Positions 11,971 to 24,240 of a stretch of 64,000 nt of DNA are shown here, piece after piece. The stretch is from Octopus sinensis (lineage: Eukaryota), in contig NC_043010.1 in assembly GCF_006345805.1 (NCBI RefSeq), positions 23,560,001-23,624,000 on the forward strand. Reading direction: 5' to 3'. The translations under genes were made by a program, and so were the position numbers. Below the pieces are notes generated by a model. That model searched no databases, was not told where the DNA came from, and saw only the letters and a program-made list of their open reading frames with translations. Positions within the stretch are counted from its first letter, which is position 1, and each line of letters starts with the position of its first letter.

Positions 11971-12784
11971 ATATGTATATATATGTATCTGTATATATAT
12001 ATATGTGTATACATATATATATATGCATATATATTTGTATGTGTATATATATGTATACATATGTAAATGTACATATATATATGTATGTATATATATTTAT
12101 ATATGTTTGAATATATATGTATGTATATACATATATATATGTATATATATATAGACATGTAGCTTACATCCCCTTGCTATACCCAAACCATTTTACTAAG
12201 TTGTACTACACTCATCCTTATGTTTGTTCTTATTCTTCCTCTTCTTTTTCTGCATTTTTTAAAATAGACACACACTCTATACCTATTGTTCACTGATTTT
12301 ATATCCCAAACTTAGAGGCACATTCACCTTCCAAACATTATGTACCCATCACTACAGGGCACTGCAGAGATGGAGATGGCATGAAGGATTTCATTACCTC
12401 TTGGCAGAAACGGCCGTAAGGAACTAGCACCTACTGACAATCTGATCATTTGCTCTTTTCTATAAGATTAGTACATGTGTGTGTAACATGGTTATTATAT
12501 GTGTATGTATTCTTCTAATATATTCTATTACTTTGGAATAAATAGACATACTAGAATGTTTATCGGCTGATGTATGTCATTCTTGCATCCACTCCATTTT
12601 CCTATTTGCAGTATAAATGAACGTTAAACTACATTTTACCCCCGCCCATATATAACACTCAATTGCGAGATTGCTACACAATAACTAGCACTTGGGTATA
12701 AATAATTGGGAACACTACCAGCAGTATATTGGATAGGTACTATCCCTTAGTTGGTTGTTTTTCCAACATCTAACTCGCACAGAA

Positions 12785-13140
12785 ATCTTTATATATATAA
12801 ACCTGAGAATGTGTCTATCTGTCTGTCTGTCTGTGTTTTTCCCGAAAACTTGAGAACTACACAACCAATTTCATTCAAATTTTACACATGCCTTACTTAG
12901 GGCCCGGGGAGTGTCATCGGCAAAAGAAATGCTCAACTTTTTGCCTAGGGCGAGCCAACAGCAATATCATATCTTCTCCACTACGATTCCCTAAAACTTG
13001 AGAACTACACAACCAACTTCATTCAAATTTTACACGTGCCTTACTTAGGGTCCATGTAGTTTCATGGGCAAAAGAAATGCTCAACTTCTTGCCTAGAGCG
13101 AGTCCATAGCAATATCATATTATCTCCACTATTCCAGTAT
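12785..13140 (+). mobile_element. Helitron-like non-autonomous 5' segment with ~140-bp internal tandem duplication
   Basis: Starts A|TCTTTATATATATAA, then (TCTG)n and aactacacaaccaatttcattcaaatttt; the aaaacttgagaactacac...tctccact unit occurs twice. Confidence 0.5.
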
Positions 13141-13928
13141 TACGTGTTAAAAGTGAAACAAAAATATTTCTCTATTTTATGTCAGATACTTTCACTTTAA
13201 CAATAGAAATAATAATAACACTTGAATTATATGTAGTAAGTAATAATTAAAATCAAACTAAAGTATAATATAATCGTAACATAACAGAAGCAAAAATAGC
13301 AATTGGTATAAAATTGCATCAATGACTTGAACTTGAATAAGTGGTTTCATATGAATGGGAATAAATTTAAAATAAAATTAGCGTGCAGAAATGGAATAGT
13401 CCAGATGGATAATAAGAAATTAAATTAAATAAAAGACTATTGTCTATAAAGTATACAATGTAGAGAAAAAAGATTTGAACACCCGGAGGAAAGCAACTTC
13501 GAAAAGTATCTTGGTGCGACAATGAAAGATATCTAATCAGAGGCGGTAAATTCGCCTCAATAGAAGCAAGGTTCGAGTCAACTGAGCGTGCAAGGGATTA
13601 CTCGACTCGAACTTGCAAAGTGGAAATATTTTATTTTTACTTTTATATCTGAGACGTACGACGTCCCGGATAAAGATTAAAGTTGCCCCCCCACCCCGAA
13701 GTAAAGGTGGGCTGGATTGTAGCCACGCTTCTATACAAGAGGGAGGACAAGATGCAATTGATCGAAATTACAAGAGACGGGCTAACAATTCCAGTCTGTT
13801 ATATATTTTGAGTATTGTTATCACTAGCGATATCAAGATATAACTTTGTATTTTGTATTTTATGTGTAGATGTATATATATAGAAGTACATATAATATGT
13901 ACACATATATATACACATATATACATGC

Positions 13929-13969
13929 ACTAGCACTATGACCCGGCAACGACGGGTCTTTAATGCTAG

Positions 13970-13970
<1 letters not shown>
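13929..13970 (+). mobile_element. Helitron-type 3' terminal hairpin + CTAG|T
   Basis: GACCCG-gcaacga-CGGGTC followed 7 nt later by CTAG and T; framed by ACTAGCA/TGCTAGT. Confidence 0.6.
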
Positions 13971-14027
<57 letters not shown>

Positions 14028-14556
14028 TGCGTGTGTGTGTGTGTGTATGTGTGTGTGTGTGTGTGTGTGTGTATGACTATGTGGTTTAGATAGCCGCTCC
14101 GCAATCACGTGGTTTCGTCTTCGCTGCAAAAGCGAGGTCCCCTAAGTAATTGACTTGAATTGTATCACTTGGCCTACCAATGCCTTGCATGCGAATTCTG
14201 TTGGTGAAAAGAATGTGGAAGCCCGTCGTATGTGCATATATGTATGAATGTGTGCATGTGTTCATGTGTGTGTGAGTGAGTGTATATTTTTGAGTATTTG
14301 CAGTCATTTGACAATCGGTGTTGGTATGTTTACGTATACGTAACTTAGAGGTTGAAAATGCAGAGAACGATGAAATAATATCCCAGCTTTATAAACTTGC
14401 AATTATTTTATCGTTCTCTGAATAATGTGCCTGGTGAGATTCGTTCTACGAGCTTAAGAAACACTACGATGCATGTAGCTGAGTCAATTTCTTAATAGCT
14501 TATGTAACTCCTATGAAATATGTTGAGCGTACTTTCTTTAACCTGTCCACTCAATC

Positions 14557-14634
<78 letters not shown>

Positions 14635-14654
14635 GTCTGTCTGTCTATTGATCT

Positions 14655-16510
14655 CACTATCGCGTAAATGGACATCTTTCGAGACCTTTCGATATTGCAC
14701 GTTCGGTCCGTCAGGGATGCCCCCTCTCGTCGCTTCTATAAGTATTGACTCTCGAGCCACTACTGCGGAAGCTGGCGACTCTGAGGGGCATCCCGCGAGA
14801 ATTGGGATGCGGGACGAGCGTGTCTGCATACGCGGACGACGTCACCGTCATAGTGTCAAGCCAAGAGCACATCGAGCTGGTCGGCGAGACACTGAAAGAC
14901 TACGAAACGGTGACATGAGCGAAAATCAACCGGGAAAAGTCAGTGGGCTTGCGGCTCGGCACCTGGAGAAGCAAGCCCATGCCGTCCACCAGCACCTCCG
15001 TCGTGGGATGCTAGACGGACGGCCCGGTCGAGTTGCTCAGGGTCTGGTTCGGTCCGGACCTCCAAATGGAGAAGAACTGGAACGAGATAACGAGTAGAGT
15101 GGTCACTCTCGCCCGGCAATGGACCGAGAGGAAACTGTCCCTAAAAGGTCGGGCGGAGATGGCGAACACGTACATCGCCTCCATCATCTACTGCCACCTG
15201 ACCGTCGTACCTTGTCCCGACCCTACTATCACCAAACTAGAACGCATTCTCTTCCGCTTCTTGTGGAAAGGATGCGTCCCGATGGTCAGGCGATCCATTT
15301 GCTGTCAACACCCGTTAAAAGGAGGGCTGGATATGCCGTGGTTGATGATGCGCAGACACCCGCTGAGACTGCGACATCTTCAGCTCTATGTAGACAACGG
15401 TGAACAGGTGTGGTCGCCGTTTGTGAGGCACGCCTTCCCGCAGCTCGTCTCCATGACCAAACTGCAGTCGTGGATCAAAAAGAGGCCGAGGAAGGGCGAA
15501 TGGCACCGCGAGTGTCGCGTTGCTCTCAAGTAACTATGCCGTCCCGGGTCGACCTTGAGTGACTTCAACACAACTAAAGCATTCTATAGGGGATGAGTGG
15601 AGGGGAGGTACGACGACGATCTTGGAGCGAACCTGGGCGTCGACGAGGAATACCTGACCCGCCGTTTTGAGAAGATCCCTGGCTTGGCAGTGCTACTGAG
15701 AAGCGCTACCCTTTCGGGTAGGAATGGCTCGAGAAACACGGGGCCGACCAGCACGAGATGCGGTCACAGCGACGAAACCGTTCTGCACGCAATCGTGCAG
15801 TGTCCAACAATCTCCGACCTGTGGACTTATGTCGAACGACTGCTGCCACGTGTGGGACGTGTCGGTTTACCAGCCGAGTCTATCGTTAATATCCTTCAAA
15901 CGGGAAGGAAGAGCTATTTTTATCTTACTTATGGCTATGGCGAAAGAATGTATCTGGTGGACGCGCCTGAAAAGATTAGAGACAAACAGTTTCCTCCCTG
16001 GTCAATCTCTCATCAGCTTCTTCAAGTATCACTTGAAAAGAAAAGTGAGAGTAGAGAGGCAAGTTTTGTCTAGTGAATGTTTTAAAAAAAGATGGGTGAA
16101 AGTAGCAGGGATGGCACGTATGAATGACGAAGCCACTTTGAGTATGATCCTATCAACGGTGAAAATTTAATACAGGAAGTTACTTATTCGTAAAAAAAAA
16201 TGTAACCTGTGACTTCATTGACCGAGGTTACCGTGGTCTTTTCCATAGGCTTTTCTTTCCACGGGTAAACCTTACCTGTCTTCCCCTTTACACTTTATAA
16301 TGACATTTCTGTGATAACGATCCCTATTGATCGATTTTTCTATTTCCTTTTATTTTTATCCCCCCCTTTTTGCCTTTGCTTTCCTCTTTCTTTCTTTTTA
16401 CGATCCCTTTTGATCGAAAACCAGCCCCACTGTTTGTTATCCCCAAAAGAAAAGCTCTATCTTGTAATTTGTCCCGTCTGTGTGCAGCCCTGTGTGGCTA
16501 ATAAAGAAAC
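14655..16510 (+). mobile_element. 5'-truncated, decayed L1/Tx1-clade LINE
   Basis: RVNGHLSRPFDIARSVRQGCPLS...AYADDVTV, LSLKGRAEMANTYIASII, C-terminal CxxC...ETVLHAIVQC knuckle; 3' UTR ends ctaataaagaaac + (ATCT)n. Confidence 0.88.
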
Positions 16511-16761
16511 ATATCTATCTATCTATATCTATCTGTCGGTCTGTCTGTCTGTCTGCCTCTCTGTCTGTCTATCTATCTATCAATCTACATCACGTTAAGT
16601 TGGATATAAAAATTAGCTTTTGATACTAATACAGCTTCCGTCGCTAATAATAATTACGTTATTCAATAATCCTGCCGACTATTTGCGACATTCAGTGCCT
16701 GAAAACCTCAATATTCTTTAAATACAGACAACGAGAGTTGGCTGGAAAGCTGTTAAATAAA

Positions 16762-16794
<33 letters not shown>

Positions 16795-16799
<5 letters not shown>

Positions 16800-19040
16800 A
16801 AAAGTAAAGAGTGAAAAAACTACAGAAGGCTTAAATGTTAAAAAATATATATATTTGCGTCAATATGTCTGAAGAATATTAGAAAATTAAAAAAAACAAC
16901 TTTTTCTCTTATAATGACATAATTTAATGGAAAGACCGGTTTCGCGTGTAGCTTTTCAAATTTCTTGTGACGTTATGTTTATGTTGAATAGAATTATCGT
17001 TATGTTTATGTTCAGAAGAGTTCTAAATAAGGGAAGGTAGTGAGTAATTTCTCCCGGTGTAAAAGAGATAATCGCTTAAAAATGTTTTCCTTTCCTTGGT
17101 GTGAATTTCTCTGTATCAGTATGTTCGGATGGTTGAGTCTGGGCTTGTACTTTTCAATGAAGAATGTTTCCTTGTTTAGTCTAATTTGTGTTGATGATCC
17201 GAAAGCACATTGGTAAAATGGAAAGATTAAAAATTGTGGTAGTAGTTGCTTTGCGCATTTCTCAATGTGCTCACTAAAATGTATCATTCTATATTCTGGG
17301 AATGCAATCTGTTGTCGATGCAGTGTGCATCTACGTCTGAGTGATAGTCCCGTGGATCCCACATAGTCTTGGTGGCAGCCCGAGCATTTTATGACATAAA
17401 TTATGTTTTCAGAGGCACAAGTAAAGTTAGATTTGATCTTGAATTTCTGTCCCTCTTTAAAGAGGAATTCTGATCCTTCTAGCAGGTTAGGACATGTTGC
17501 ACAGTTCGATCTACCACATTTTTTTACTTTTGCATCCGTAATTTCAGAAGACAATTTTGCCTTTGTGAGAATCTTTTTAAGTGATTTGGCTGTTTGTAGC
17601 TTTTAATGATTTGGTGTATGTTTAGAATTTCCTTTAATTTGGGGTCCTTATGAAGTATTGGTAAATTCTGGGTGATGATGGTGAAGGCTTCTTTGTTTCT
17701 GGGGTTGTATGTAGATATGTAAGGTAGTATTTTCGGGGAAGGTGTGTTGTTGTGTTGAACTTTTCTTAAAGTTTCTATGTTGATTTCTGTTGCACGTCTG
17801 ATCCCATCCTCTATGAGTTGAGCTGGGTAATGTCTGTCAATTAGGGTGTTTTTGAGTTCTTGCAGTCTAAAGTTCCTGGTATTTTGTTCTGACACTATTG
17901 TGCATATCCTTCTTGCAAGGTTGAAGGGGATGTTTGTTTTAGTGTGTCTTGGGTGGCATGAATTAAAGAGAAGGTATTGTTTGGCGTCTGTGGCTTTGTA
18001 AAAAATGTCTGTTTCTATTTTAAGGTTAATTTTTTAATTAGTATATCCAAGAACGGGAGCTCCTTTTGGTTGTATTCCATTGTGAACTGCATATTTGGAT
18101 TTATGCTGTTCAATAGGTTTTTAAATTTTAGGAGTTTATCTGTGTTTTCATTCCAGAGAATAAAACAATCGTCTAAGAATCGTTTCCAATTCTCTTTTAT
18201 GTATTGAGAGAGGGGGTTTCCAAAGATTGATAAAGATTCCTGGTAAATGATTATTTCCATGTATCCCATTGTTAAGTTCGCAATGACTGGTGCTGCCCTT
18301 GTACCCATAGCAATTCCGGATTTTTGACGGTAAAATGTATTGTCAAACATGAAGTGGTTATTGTGTAGGATGAATTCAATTGATTTAGTAATGAATTCTT
18401 TACTGATCCTTTTTGGTATTTCTTCCGGAAATTGGTCTAACCAGAACTGTATTGCCTCCAGTCCATAATTATGAGGTATACTGGTATATAAGTTAACTAC
18501 ATCAAATGAAACCAGGATTGATTCTTCCTTGGCTTTTTTTGGAAGGTGGTTTAACATATCTAAGTCATCTCTGATATGGCTATCGATATGTTTAAGGAAG
18601 GGTTTCAAGAGGATGTCCATAAGTAGACTTAGTCTGTGTGTTTCACAGGTTGGGCCAGCTACAATGGGTCGTAGTTTTAGGTCCCCCCGGTTAGGTGTGT
18701 GTATGTATGTCTTTGGTGATTTTTTAATGGTTTCATTTATAATTTGACTTTTATGAATTTTTGGCAGACCATAGAAAGGACTAGGTTTGCATTTAAAGTT
18801 TGTTAGGAAGTCAATCTCTTTGGTTGTTAGTTCCTTTTCTTGGGTTTTAATAAGTGAAGATAGAGTTTTCATTAATTTTTGTGGGGTGTAGTTGGTAATT
18901 TTTTCATAATGTATGTCGTCATCAAGCAATAAAATTACAAGATTTTTGTAGTATGATGTATCCATTATTACAACTGCATTTCCCTTGTCTGCTTCCTTAA
19001 TGGTTATATCCTCATCATTTTGAAGTTCTATCAGTTCAAC
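16795..19040 (-). mobile_element. Neptune-type Penelope-like element, 5'-truncated (copy A; RT + GIY-YIG, two frameshifts)
   Basis: ORF pieces 18015-19058, 17524-17895 and 17012-17554: KEADKG, LYTSIP, GIAMGT, RFLDDCF, CGRSNCATC linker, NIIYVIKCSGCHQDYVGST. Confidence 0.95.
16929..16966 (-). ncRNA. Minimal hammerhead motif, U3-A8 variant (stem I imperfect)
   Basis: AAGAAAT TTGAAAA GCTACACGC GAAA CCGGTC TTTCC. Confidence 0.45.
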
Positions 19041-19042
19041 TG

Positions 19043-19325
19043 ATGATCGTAAGGTCATGAATTCAATTCCGGGCGACGCATTGTGTCGTTGACCAAGACA
19101 CTTTATTTCTCATTGCACCAGTCCACTCAGCTGCCAAGATGAGCTGTACCTGTATTTCAAAAGGCCGGCCTTGTCACATTCTGAGTCGCGCTGAATTTCC
19201 ACGAGAACTACGTTACAGGTACACGTGTCTGTGGAGTGCTCAGCCACTTGCACGTTAATTTCACGAGCAAGCTGTTCCTTTGGTCATGTCAGCTGGGACC
19301 CTCGTCGTTGCAACCGACGGAGGGC
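19043..19325 (+). mobile_element. tRNA-derived SINE (family 2), head truncated, abutting the PLE 5' end
   Basis: gatcgtaaggtcatgaattcaattcc (B-box-like), then gaccaagacactttatttc...ccagtccactcagctg. Confidence 0.7.
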
Positions 19326-19589
19326 CAGTGTCAATAATTTGTCATCATCCTCACGAATACGTGTTTCCTTTGGCTTACTCTATGTGCTTTTATACACACA
19401 TATGTAAGATTGCGCATTTATATGTGTATAAAGCAGTATGTAAGTACGTGTTGCATTTAACATCTGCACATAAACGATGGTCATATCCTGTGCAAGTTAA
19501 GAGTTGTACAAGGTTTACTTGATAAGTTGTACAGCGCCCCCTGTTGGTTAAACAAAATAAAACATTCTTAGTTAAACAATTGCAAATTG

Positions 19590-19597
19590 TATTGCTG

Positions 19598-19658
<61 letters not shown>

Positions 19659-19688
19659 TGTTATTATTATTATTATTATTATTATTAA

Positions 19689-19745
<57 letters not shown>
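19590..19745. repeat. (TTA)n microsatellite
   Basis: Direct inspection. Confidence 0.95.
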
Positions 19746-19747
<2 letters not shown>

Positions 19748-19855
19748 TTGTTATCATTATTGGAATTTTATTTTATTTTCGCATATATAGCTAAGCAAAC
19801 TCTTAAAGATAACATTTCCTGCTTTTAACGAGTGCGTATCGTAGAAAATATCTTT

Positions 19856-19940
<85 letters not shown>

Positions 19941-20110
19941 GCATATGTGGTATATATACGTTGATATATATCACATATTCTATATGTATACGTACGCGTG
20001 CGCACGTACACACACATATACATGTATAAGTGTTTGTAAAATGCTAACGAAAATTATATGAATAAATCAAATAATTCGACAAGCATACATACATGCATAT
20101 GTATGTATAA

Positions 20111-20143
<33 letters not shown>

Positions 20144-20295
20144 AGAAAATAGTAAAGTGTGAAAAAACGACAGAAGGCTTAAATGTTAAAAAATATATAT
20201 ATATTTGTGTCAAAATGTCTGGAGAATATTGGAAAATTTTTTTTTTTTTTTTTTTTTTTCCATTCCTTAAAATGACATAATTTAAAAAATTTTTA

Positions 20296-20335
20296 AAGAA
20301 ATTACCGGTTTCGCGTGTAGCTTTTCAAATTTCTT
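20296..20335 (-). ncRNA. Minimal hammerhead motif, U3-A8 variant
   Basis: Exact reverse complement of 23467-23506. Confidence 0.65.
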
Positions 20336-20471
20336 GTGACGTTATGTTTATATTGCATGGAATTATCGTTGTTTTTATTTCCAGGAGATTTCTAAATAAG
20401 GGGAGGTAGTGAGTGATTTTTTCCGGTGTAGGGGAGATAATCGCTTAAAAATTTTTTTTCCCTTTTCCTTG

Positions 20472-22391
20472 TTAATTTCTCTGTGTCAGTATGTTCGGAT
20501 GGTTGAGTCTGGGTTTGTACTTTTCAATGAAGAATGTTTCCTTGTTCAGTCTCATTTGTGTTGATGATCCGAAAGCACATTGGTAAAATGGGAAGATTAA
20601 AAATTGTGGCAGTAGTTGCTTTGCGCATTTCTCAATGTGCTCACTAAAAGGTATCATTCTATATTCTGGGAATGCAATCTGTTGTCGATGCAGTGTGCAT
20701 CTGCGCCTGAGTGATAGTCCCGTGGAACCCACGTAGTCTTGGTGGCAGCCCGAGCATTTAATAACATAAATTATGTTTTCAGAGGCACAAGTAAAATTAG
20801 ATTTGATCTTAAATTTCTGTCCCTCTTTAAAGAAGAATTCTGATCCTTCCAATAGGTTAGGACATGTTGCACAGTTCGATCTACCACATTTTTTTACTTT
20901 TGCATCCGTAATTTTAGAAGACAATTTTGCCTTTGTGAGAATCTTTTTAAGTGATTTAGGCTGTTTGTAGCTTTTAATGATTTGGTGTATGTTTAGAATT
21001 TCCTTTAATTTTGGGTTTTTATGAAGTATTGGTAAATTCTGGGTGATGATGGTGAAGGCTTCTTTGTTTCTGGGGTTGTATGTAGATATGTAAGGTAGTA
21101 TTTTCGGGGAAGGTGTGTTGTTGTGTTGAACTTTTCTTAAAGTTTCTATGTTGATTTCTGTTGCACGTCTGATCCCATCCTCTATGAGTTGAGCTGGGTA
21201 ATGTCTGTCAATTAGGGTGTTTTTGAGTTCTTGCAGTCTAAAGTTCCTGGTATTTTGTTCTGACACTATTGTGCATATCCTTCTTGCAAGGTTGAAGGGG
21301 ATGTTTGTTTTAGTGTGTCTTGGGTGGCATGAATTAAAAAGAAGGTATTGTTTGGCGTCTGTGGCTTTGTAAAAAATGTCTGTTTCTATTTTAAGGTTAA
21401 TTTTTTTAATTAGTATATCCAAGAACGGGAGCTCCTTTTGGTTGTATTCCATTGTGAACTGTATATTTGGGTTTATGCTGTTCAATAGGTTTTTAAATTT
21501 TAGGAGTTTATCTATGTTTTCATTCCAGAGAATGAAACAATCGTCTAGGAATCGTTTCCAATTCTCTTTTATGTATTGAGAGAGGGAGTTTCCAAAGATT
21601 GATAAAGATTCCTGGTAAATGATTATTTCTATGTATCCCATTGTTAAGTTCGCAATGACTGGTGCTGCCCTTGTACCCATAGCAATTCCGGATTTTTGAC
21701 GGTAAAATGTATTGTCAAACATGAAGTGGTTATTGTGTAGGATGAATTCAATTGATTTAGTAATGAATTCCTTACTGATCCTTTTTGGTATTTCTTCCGG
21801 AAATTGGTCTAACCAGAATTGTATTGCCTCCAGTCCATAATTATGAGGTATACTGGTATACAAGTTGACTACATCAAATGAAACCAGGATTGTTTCTTCC
21901 TTGGTTTTTTTTGGGATGTGGTTTAACATATCTAAGTCATCTCTGATATGGCTATCGATATGTTTAAGGAAGGGTTTCAAGAGGATGTCCATAAGTAGAC
22001 TTAGTCTGTGTGTTTCACAGGTTGGGCCAGCTACAATGGGTCGTAGTTTTAGGTCCCCCGGATTAGGTGTGTGTATGTATGTCTTTGGTGATTTTTTAAT
22101 GGTTTCATTTATAATTTGACTTTTATGAATTTTTGGCAGACCATAGAAAAGGCTAGGTTTGCATTTAAAGTTTGTTAGGAAATCAATCTCTTTGGTTGTC
22201 AGTTCCTTTTCATGGGTTTTAATTAGTGAAGATAGAGTTTTCATTATTTTTTGTGGGGTGTAGTTGGTAATTTTTTCATAATGTAGGTCTTCATCAAGCA
22301 AGGAAATTACAAGATTTCTGTAGTATGATGTATCCATTATTACAACTGCATTTCCCTTGTCCGCTTCCTTAATGGTTATATCTTCATCATT
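20472..22391 (-). CDS. PLE polyprotein (RT + Cys linker + GIY-YIG), N-terminally truncated, uninterrupted frame
   Basis: ORF 20472..22436 (654 aa). Its first ~15 codons come from the inverted arm; the rest runs NDEDITIKEADKG...RFLDD...YVGSTG...KYKPRLN without stops. Confidence 0.9.
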   Translation of the reverse strand, partial: NDEDITIKEADKGNAVVIMDTSYYRNLVISLLDEDLHYEKITNYTPQKIMKTLSSLIKTHEKELTTKEIDFLTNFKCKPSLFYGLPKIHKSQIINETIKKSPKTYIHTPNPGDLKLRPIVAGPTCETHRLSLLMDILLKPFLKHIDSHIRDDLDMLNHIPKKTKEETILVSFDVVNLYTSIPHNYGLEAIQFWLDQFPEEIPKRISKEFITKSIEFILHNNHFMFDNTFYRQKSGIAMGTRAAPVIANLTMGYIEIIIYQESLSIFGNSLSQYIKENWKRFLDDCFILWNENIDKLLKFKNLLNSINPNIQFTMEYNQKELPFLDILIKKINLKIETDIFYKATDAKQYLLFNSCHPRHTKTNIPFNLARRICTIVSEQNTRNFRLQELKNTLIDRHYPAQLIEDGIRRATEINIETLRKVQHNNTPSPKILPYISTYNPRNKEAFTIITQNLPILHKNPKLKEILNIHQIIKSYKQPKSLKKILTKAKLSSKITDAKVKKCGRSNCATCPNLLEGSEFFFKEGQKFKIKSNFTCASENIIYVIKCSGCHQDYVGSTGLSLRRRCTLHRQQIAFPEYRMIPFSEHIEKCAKQLLPQFLIFPFYQCAFGSSTQMRLNKETFFIEKYKPRLNHPNILTQRN

Positions 22392-23466
22392 GGATATACT
22401 AATTAAAAAAATTAACCTTAAAATAGAAACAGACATTTTTTACAAAGCCACAGACGCCAAACAATACCTTCTCTTTAATTCATGCCACTAAAACAAACAT
22501 CCCCTTCAACCTTGCAAGAAGGATATGCACAATAGTGTCAGAACAAAATACCAGGAACTTTAGACTGCAAGAACTCAAAAACACCCTAATTGACAGACAT
22601 TACCCAGCTCAACTCATAGAGGATGGGATCAGACGTGCAACAGAAATCAACATAGAAACTTTAAGAAAAGTTCAACACAACAACACACCTTCCCCGAAAA
22701 TACTACCTTACATATCTACATACAACCCCAGAAACAAAGAAGCCTTCACCATCATCACCCAGAATTTACCAATACTTCATAAAAACCCAAAATTAAAGGA
22801 AATTCTAAACATACACCAAATCATTAAAAGCTACAAACAGCCTAAATCACTTAAAAAGATTCTCACAAAGGCAAAATTGTCTTCTAAAATTACGGATGCA
22901 AAAGTAAAAAAATGTGGTAGATCGAACTGTGCAACATGTCCTAACCTATTGGAAGGATCAGAATTCTTCTTTAAAGAGGGACAGAAATTTAAGATCAAAT
23001 CTAACTTTACTTTGCCTCTGAAAACATAATTTATGTTATTAAATGCTCGGGCTGCCACCAAGACTACGTGGGTTCCACGGGACTATCACTCAGGCGCAGA
23101 TGCACACTGCATCGACAACAGATTGCATTCCCAGAATATAGAATGATACCTTTTAGTGAGCACATTGAGAAATGCGCAAAGCAACTACTGCCACAATTTT
23201 TAATCTTCCCATTTTACCAATGTGCTTTCGGATCATCAACACAAATGAGACTGAACAAGGAAACATTCTTCATTGAAAAGTACAAACCCAAACTCAACCA
23301 TCCGAACATACTGACACAGAGAAATTAACAAGGAAAAGGGGAAAAAAAAATTTTTAAGCGATTATCTCCCCTACACCGGAAAAAATCACTCACTACCTCC
23401 CCTTATTTAGAAATCTCCTGGAAATAAAAACAACGATAATTCCATGCAATATAAACATAACGTCAC

Positions 23467-23506
23467 AAGAAATTTGAAAAGCTACACGCGAAACCGGTAA
23501 TTTCTT
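23467..23506 (+). ncRNA. Minimal hammerhead motif, U3-A8 variant
   Basis: AAGAAAT TTGAAAA GC-tacac-GC GAAA CCGGTA ATTTCTT: 7-bp stem I, palindromic stem III ACCGGT, GTA triplet; lies in the PLE 3' UTR. Confidence 0.65.
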
Positions 23507-23699
23507 TAAAAATTTTTTTAATTATGTCATTTTAAGGAAAGGAAAAAAAAAAAAAAAAAAAAAAAAATTTTTCCAATATTCTCCAGACATTTTGACACAA
23601 ATATATATTTTTTTTAACATTTAAGCCTTCTGTCGTTTTTTCAGACTTTACTATTTTCTTATATATTCACCCACGTGCTTTACCAAACAAACTTTCATA

Positions 23700-23752
<53 letters not shown>

Positions 23753-23753
23753 A

Positions 23754-23822
<69 letters not shown>

Positions 23823-24046
23823 CCATCTATTAATATAAATATATGAATATATATATATATGTATTATATATATATATAATATATATATATATATGAATTT
23901 AACTGAAGTAGTAATCGGAATATTATGAGATTGTGACAGAATTTTGGATTTTCGTCTCTTTCTACTTTAAACATTAGATGGAATCTCATCCTTTGACTGT
24001 TATTACCCGGAACAATACAATACTTATGTAGCTTTATATATATATA

Positions 24047-24155
<109 letters not shown>

Positions 24156-24208
24156 ATATATGTATGTATGTATATATATATGTATATATATATAATATAT
24201 ATATATAT

Positions 24209-24240
<32 letters not shown>

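Larger units (their letters stand above)
20137..23666. mobile_element. Neptune-type PLE with head-to-head inverted structure (minus copy 20137-22391 + plus 3' copy 22390-23666)
   Basis: 20137-21422 is the reverse complement of 22390-23666 apart from small indels; the junction shares TT at 22390-22391. Confidence 0.95.
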
